DNA from: Escherichia coli
GTDB taxonomy: Bacteria; Pseudomonadota; Gammaproteobacteria; Enterobacterales; Enterobacteriaceae
Assembly: GCF_050320075.1 (NCBI RefSeq)
Contig: NZ_CP190018.1
DNA: 64,000 nucleotides
Direction: 5' to 3' (one strand)
Shown here: positions 55,988 to 64,000 of the stretch, one piece after another
Layout of the letters: each line of letters begins with the position of its first letter
Numbering within the stretch: the first letter of the stretch is position 1
Translations under genes and position numbers: made by a program
The notes under the pieces: generated by a model
Databases searched by the model: none
What the model was told of the DNA's origin: nothing
Seen by the model: the letters and a program-made list of their open reading frames with translations, nothing else

Positions 55988-56560
55988 TTAATATTGCGTA
56001 GGAGCTGGAACTGCCGAAGACGGATTCACCTGAGTTGGTGAAGTCGAAGGTACGGTAGTCGTTGCGCCACCGCTGGCCTGAACCGGCACGGCGGTTTGCT
56101 GCACCGGCACCAATGTCAGGTCGGCTTTAGTTCCGCCCTGGTTGATCACCGGCTGAACGGTATCGGTAATAAATACCAGTTTGTCATTCACGGTAATCGC
56201 CGCACTCAACAGAATACGCGCATTCGGCTGAACATCTGCCGGGTTAAATGGCAGAACAAAGCTGAATGGTGACTGTTTGCCTTCGGTACGCACCGCTTTC
56301 TGCGCCAGTACTTTTGACGGTGCATCGGCTAACGACGCGTCAGAAAGTGTCACGGTCAGCACAGCATCAGGCGGCAGTGCGACTTTCTGACGGATCCAGA
56401 CGGTACCGGAGACATTCGGTTGCTGGATAGCAGGTTGTTGTGTTGCTGAAATAGACGTATTTGCAGCCGGTGCTGGCGTCTGAATATCCGCGCTTTTATC
56501 TGCGCAAGCCGCCAACGCAATCGCAACCGCTAAACCACTGGCCATGTGCACGAGTTTCAT
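55988..56560 (-). CDS. ybaY: Lipoprotein YbaY
   Basis: 190-aa ORF with lipoprotein signal (MKLVHMASGLAVAIALAAC). Confidence 0.85.
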   Translation of the reverse strand: MKLVHMASGLAVAIALAACADKSADIQTPAPAANTSISATQQPAIQQPNVSGTVWIRQKVALPPDAVLTVTLSDASLADAPSKVLAQKAVRTEGKQSPFSFVLPFNPADVQPNARILLSAAITVNDKLVFITDTVQPVINQGGTKADLTLVPVQQTAVPVQASGGATTTVPSTSPTQVNPSSAVPAPTQY

Positions 56561-56777
56561 TCACTTCTCCTTATTATCAATGCACCAGCGGGCTAACTTT
56601 CCTCGCCGGAAGAGTGGTTAACAAAATAGTAACGTCAACAAGTGTGGCACACATCACGCATTTCTGCCTGTAATTAGCCCGTAATTCAGACCATTGCACC
56701 CATCGGACCAGTGGCAAATTTGCGTTATACTCAACTCACTTTGGCTTGCTGCGGCAGCTTTGTTACTGGAGAGTTAT

Positions 56778-57638
56778 ATGAGTCAGGCGCTAAAAAATTT
56801 ACTGACATTGTTAAATCTGGAAAAAATTGAGGAAGGACTCTTTCGCGGCCAGAGTGAAGATTTAGGTTTACGCCAGGTGTTTGGCGGCCAGGTCGTGGGT
56901 CAGGCCTTGTATGCTGCAAAAGAGACCGTCCCTGAAGAGCGGCTGGTACATTCGTTTCATAGCTACTTTCTTCGCCCTGGCGATAGTAAGAAGCCGATTA
57001 TTTATGATGTCGAAACGCTGCGTGACGGTAACAGCTTCAGCGCCCGCCGGGTTGCTGCTATTCAAAACGGCAAACCGATTTTTTATATGACTGCCTCTTT
57101 CCAGGCACCAGAAGCGGGTTTCGAACATCAAAAAACAATGCCGTCCGCGCCAGCGCCTGATGGCCTGCCTTCGGAAACGCAAATCGCCCAATCGCTGGCG
57201 CACCTGCTGCCGCCAGTGCTGAAAGATAAATTCATCTGCGATCGTCCGCTTGAAGTCCGTCCGGTGGAGTTTCATAACCCACTGAAAGGGCACGTCGCAG
57301 AACCGCATCGTCAGGTGTGGATCCGCGCAAATGGTAGCGTGCCGGATGATCTGCGCGTTCATCAGTATCTGCTCGGTTACGCTTCTGATCTTAACTTCCT
57401 GCCGGTAGCTCTACAGCCGCACGGCATCGGTTTTCTCGAACCAGGAATTCAGATAGCGACCATCGACCATTCCATGTGGTTCCATCGCCCGTTTAATTTG
57501 AATGAATGGCTGCTGTATAGCGTGGAGAGCACCTCGGCGTCCAGCGCACGCGGCTTTGTGCGCGGTGAGTTTTATACCCAGGACGGCGTGCTGGTTGCCT
57601 CGACCGTTCAGGAAGGAGTAATGCGTAATCACAATTAA
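56778..57638 (+). CDS. tesB: Acyl-CoA thioesterase II
   Basis: 286-aa product starting [44 protein letters not shown]; internal ATG at 56778. Confidence 0.93.
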
Positions 57639-57686
57639 AAAAATAGCCGGAGGTGAAAACCGTCCGGCTGTTTTTTGCAGTGCTTG

Positions 57687-58973
57687 TTACGCGTTATAGG
57701 CATTTTCGCCGTGGCTGTTGACGTCAAGCCCTTCTCGCTCCTGTTCTTCCGGCACACGCAGGCCAACCGTCAGATCCGCCAGTTTGTAGCCGATAAATGC
57801 CACCACACCGGACCAGACGATCGTAATGGCGATGCTTTCCAGCTGTACCAGCAACTGATGGCCCATCGTCACACCTTCAGCGAAGCCCACGCCGCCCAGC
57901 GAACTGGCGGCAAAAATCCCGGTCATGATACAGCCGACAATGCCACAAACGCCGTGCACACCGAAGACATCGCAGGGATCATCCACCCGCAGCAAGCGTT
58001 TGAGCATGGTAACGCCCCACAAGCCCGCCAGACCAGCTACCACGCCGATAATCAACGCGCCGCCAACACCAATGTAGCCACACGCTGGCGTCACGCCGAC
58101 CAGACCGGCAATCGCGCCAGAACACGCTCCCAGCAGTGAAGGCTTTCCGCGCAGCGCCCATTCACCGAAGATCCAGCCAAGAATTGCTGCCGCCGTTGCG
58201 ACCACAGTATTCACAAATGCCAGTGCCGCGATTTCATTCGCCGTGCCCGCTGACCCGGCGTTAAAGCCAAACCAACCGATATAGAGAATGGCAGTCCCGG
58301 TGAAGACCATCGGCAGGTTGTGCGGTTTAAACGCCTCTTTACCGAAGCCCACGCGTTTGCCTATCAGATATGCGCCCACCAGACCGGCGATTGCGGCGTT
58401 AATGTGCACCACCGTGCCACCCGCGAAATCCAGCGCACCGTGAGAAGCCAGCAAACCACCGCCCCAGACCATATGCGCAATCGGAATGTAGGAGAGCGTC
58501 AGCCATACCACCACGAAAATCAACACAGCTGAGAAGCGGATTCGTTCCGCCAGCGCCCCAACTATCAAGCCTACGGTAATGCAGGCAAACGATCCCTGAA
58601 ACGCTACGTGGATATACTGATAAATGCTGCCCATCACCGCCGTCAGTTCGATGTTTTTCAGCATCAACCAGTTAATGTTGCCGAAGAAGTTGTTTCCCTC
58701 ACCAAACGCCAGCGAGTAACCGTAAACCACCCAGAGAATACAGACCAGTGCAAACGTCACCGTCACCTGCGTCAGCATCGACAGCACGTTTTTGCCGCGA
58801 ATCAACCCACCGTAAAACAGGGCAATCCCCGGAATAGTCATAAACAGCACCAGCGCAGTACAAATCATCATAAACGCATTGTCGGCTTTATCGGCCACCG
58901 CAGGTGCAGCCATTACCAGTCCCGGCAGCATCGCCAGTGAAGCAAGCCCAGTTTTTATCGTCGCTATCTTCAT
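57687..58973 (-). CDS. amtB: Ammonium transporter AmtB
   Basis: 428-aa ORF with signal peptide and Amt/MEP/Rh family features; 30 bp downstream of glnK on the same strand. Confidence 0.95.
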   Translation of the reverse strand: MKIATIKTGLASLAMLPGLVMAAPAVADKADNAFMMICTALVLFMTIPGIALFYGGLIRGKNVLSMLTQVTVTFALVCILWVVYGYSLAFGEGNNFFGNINWLMLKNIELTAVMGSIYQYIHVAFQGSFACITVGLIVGALAERIRFSAVLIFVVVWLTLSYIPIAHMVWGGGLLASHGALDFAGGTVVHINAAIAGLVGAYLIGKRVGFGKEAFKPHNLPMVFTGTAILYIGWFGFNAGSAGTANEIAALAFVNTVVATAAAILGWIFGEWALRGKPSLLGACSGAIAGLVGVTPACGYIGVGGALIIGVVAGLAGLWGVTMLKRLLRVDDPCDVFGVHGVCGIVGCIMTGIFAASSLGGVGFAEGVTMGHQLLVQLESIAITIVWSGVVAFIGYKLADLTVGLRVPEEQEREGLDVNSHGENAYNA

Positions 58974-59002
58974 TTTTCGTTCCTGTTGCTGTGTGCCAGA
59001 GA

Positions 59003-59341
59003 TTACAGCGCCGATTCGTCGGCTTCGCCGGTACGAATACGAATGACGCGTTGCAATTCAGCGACGAAGATTTTGCCGTCGCCAATTTTTCCGGTGTAAG
59101 CCGCTTTGCTGACGATATCGATCACTTCATCGAGTTGGTCATCAGCAATCGCCACATCAATTTTTACTTTTGGCAGGAAATTGACGCTGTATTCCGCCCC
59201 CCGGTACAGCTCGGCATGTCCTTTCTGACGCCCGAAACCTTTCACTTCGGTGACGGTCAGGCCCTGAATACCAATGGAAGATAACGCTTCACGAACGTCT
59301 TCCAGCTTGAATGGTTTGATTATCACGGTCACCAGCTTCAT
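59003..59341 (-). CDS. glnK: PII nitrogen regulatory protein GlnK
   Basis: 112-aa product MKLVTVIIKPFKLEDVREALSSIGIQGLTVTEVKGFGRQKGH...; internal ATG at 59341. Confidence 0.95.
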   Translation of the reverse strand: MKLVTVIIKPFKLEDVREALSSIGIQGLTVTEVKGFGRQKGHAELYRGAEYSVNFLPKVKIDVAIADDQLDEVIDIVSKAAYTGKIGDGKIFVAELQRVIRIRTGEADESAL

Positions 59342-59393
59342 AGATCCCCTCCGGTCAGAATTCGGTAATGGTTCTGCTACACGAAGAAGGTAT

Positions 59394-59409
59394 TGCAAGC
59401 GGTGTGCCA
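59394..59409 (-). promoter_or_regulatory. Sigma54 (-24/-12) promoter of glnK-amtB
   Basis: Minus strand reads TGGCACaccgcTTGCA, a match to the sigma54 consensus, about 55 bp upstream of the glnK ATG; TGCACCA-like NtrC half-sites further upstream near 59495-59515 (weaker). Confidence 0.65.
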
Positions 59410-59521
59410 GAAATGAAAAACGAGAAGGAGAGCAGGAAGTTAAGAAGATTGAAAACAAAAACGCACTATGACAGTGCACAGTGCGTTACATTTTTGCACC
59501 AACGATGAAATATTGCGCTAT

Positions 59522-63068
<3,547 letters not shown>

Positions 63069-63097
63069 GCGTTGTGTCCTGACCTGATTCTGGATAT

Positions 63098-63556
63098 TTA
63101 TTCGATGGGTAAAGAAGTGGTGTATTTAATCTGTTCCATCGCGAAGCTGGAAGTGACGTCCGACAGCCCCGGCACGCTGTTTACCAGGCGCTTATAAAAC
63201 TCGTCGTAGCGTTTCATGTCGGCAACCTGGACGCGCATCAGATAATCGTATTCACCAGCCATGCGCCAGAACCCCAGCACTTCTGGCATTTCGGTAACCA
63301 CCGTGACAAAGCGGCAATACCATTCGCTGCTGTGATGTTGCGTTTTTATCAGCACAAAGGCGGTCAGGCCGAGGCCTATTTTTTCCGGATCCAGCAGGGC
63401 GACTTTGCCGATAAGAATACCGTCGTCCTCCAGCCGTTTCAGACGCTTCCAGCAGGGGGTAGTTGTCAGATTAACGGCTTCAGCCAGTGCCTGCAAAGAG
63501 AGGGTGCAATCCTGCTGTAGTAAGGCCAGCAGCTTACGGTCAATTTTATCTAACAT
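63098..63556 (-). CDS. decR: AsnC/Lrp-family transcriptional regulator (YbaO/DecR)
   Basis: 152-aa product starting [48 protein letters not shown]; internal ATG at 63556. Confidence 0.85.
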
Positions 63557-63677
63557 AGCCCTTCCACGGAGAATTTTTTTCTCTTTTAATTCTATTTTAA
63601 AGGTGAAATCGCGACAATTTATTCTGTGCGGTTTAAACACCACGGCACAAAATGACAAATTCAACGCAAATAAATAT

Positions 63678-64000
63678 CCTCCGGCATAGCCGGAGGTTTT
63701 TCAAATGCGCCTGTAAGGCTCTGTTACCAGCCGCGCCCTAACAGGCGCATACGATCTGACATTTGCATTCAACTTCGTTACTTACGGCCCGTAAACGGGC
63801 TGCCCGGATATGGAATCGATAACTGCTCCCCCATTTTATCCTCTTCAAGCTGGTGCTTTATGTAGTCCTGTATCTTCGCCGTGTTCTTACCCACCGTATC
63901 GACATAGTACCCTCGGCACCAGAACTCCCTGTTTCTGTATTTGAATTTCAAATCCCCAAACTGCTCGTAAAGCATCAGACTGCTTTTCCCTTTCAGATAT
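63678..64000 (-). mobile_element. Partial IS200-like insertion sequence (one end plus 3' part of tnpA)
   Basis: tnpA fragment plus flanking structured sequence: perfect hairpin cctccggc-ata-gccggagg with T-run (63678-63701) and an 8-bp inverted repeat gcgcctgt...acaggcgc (63706-63747). The exact IS terminus was not determined. Confidence 0.5.
63778..64000 (-). CDS. tnpA: IS200-family (Y1/HUH) transposase TnpA, C-terminal part only (5' end beyond window end)
   Basis: Reported ORF MLYEQFGDLKFKYRNREFWCRGYYVDTVGKNTAKIQDYIKHQLEEDKMGEQLSIPYPGSPFTGRK matches the C-terminal third of IS200 TnpA as I recall it; the reading frame continues upstream past position 64000. Confidence 0.75.
   Translation of the reverse strand, partial: YLKGKSSLMLYEQFGDLKFKYRNREFWCRGYYVDTVGKNTAKIQDYIKHQLEEDKMGEQLSIPYPGSPFTGRK

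Overview
The window reads as an Escherichia coli-type chromosomal segment covering the ybaT-glsA / copA / ushA / htpG / dnaX / acrRAB / hha-tomB / glnK-amtB / mdlAB neighbourhood, with one large accessory insert at its left end. All gene identities come from reading the supplied ORF translations and my own translation of the sequence against remembered protein families; no database search was run. Positions 1-16911 (minus strand) are the 5' part of a single giant, highly repetitive gene of at least 5,637 codons that runs off the window start. It has a BapA/LapA-like N-terminal module, a TAAG motif near residue 98, and about 50 tandem Ig-like units of roughly 100 aa arranged in roughly 1.8-kb super-repeats. 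Immediately upstream on the same strand is a TolC-family outer-membrane factor gene (17020-18375). Together these look like a type I secretion giant adhesin locus sitting where, from my memory of K-12, cueR follows ybaT; the ABC transporter, membrane-fusion protein and the adhesin C-terminus would lie beyond the window start. This is the most interesting feature, but it resembles known Bap/Lap/Sii-type systems rather than something clearly undescribed. The remaining 45 kb is conserved housekeeping content, including two small RNAs (ChiX, 4.5S RNA), the dnaX frameshift site, the CueR box at the copA promoter, the AcrR operator, sigma32 and sigma54 promoters, REP elements, a GC-rich palindromic spacer where I expected ybaQ, and a partial IS200 copy at the right edge.
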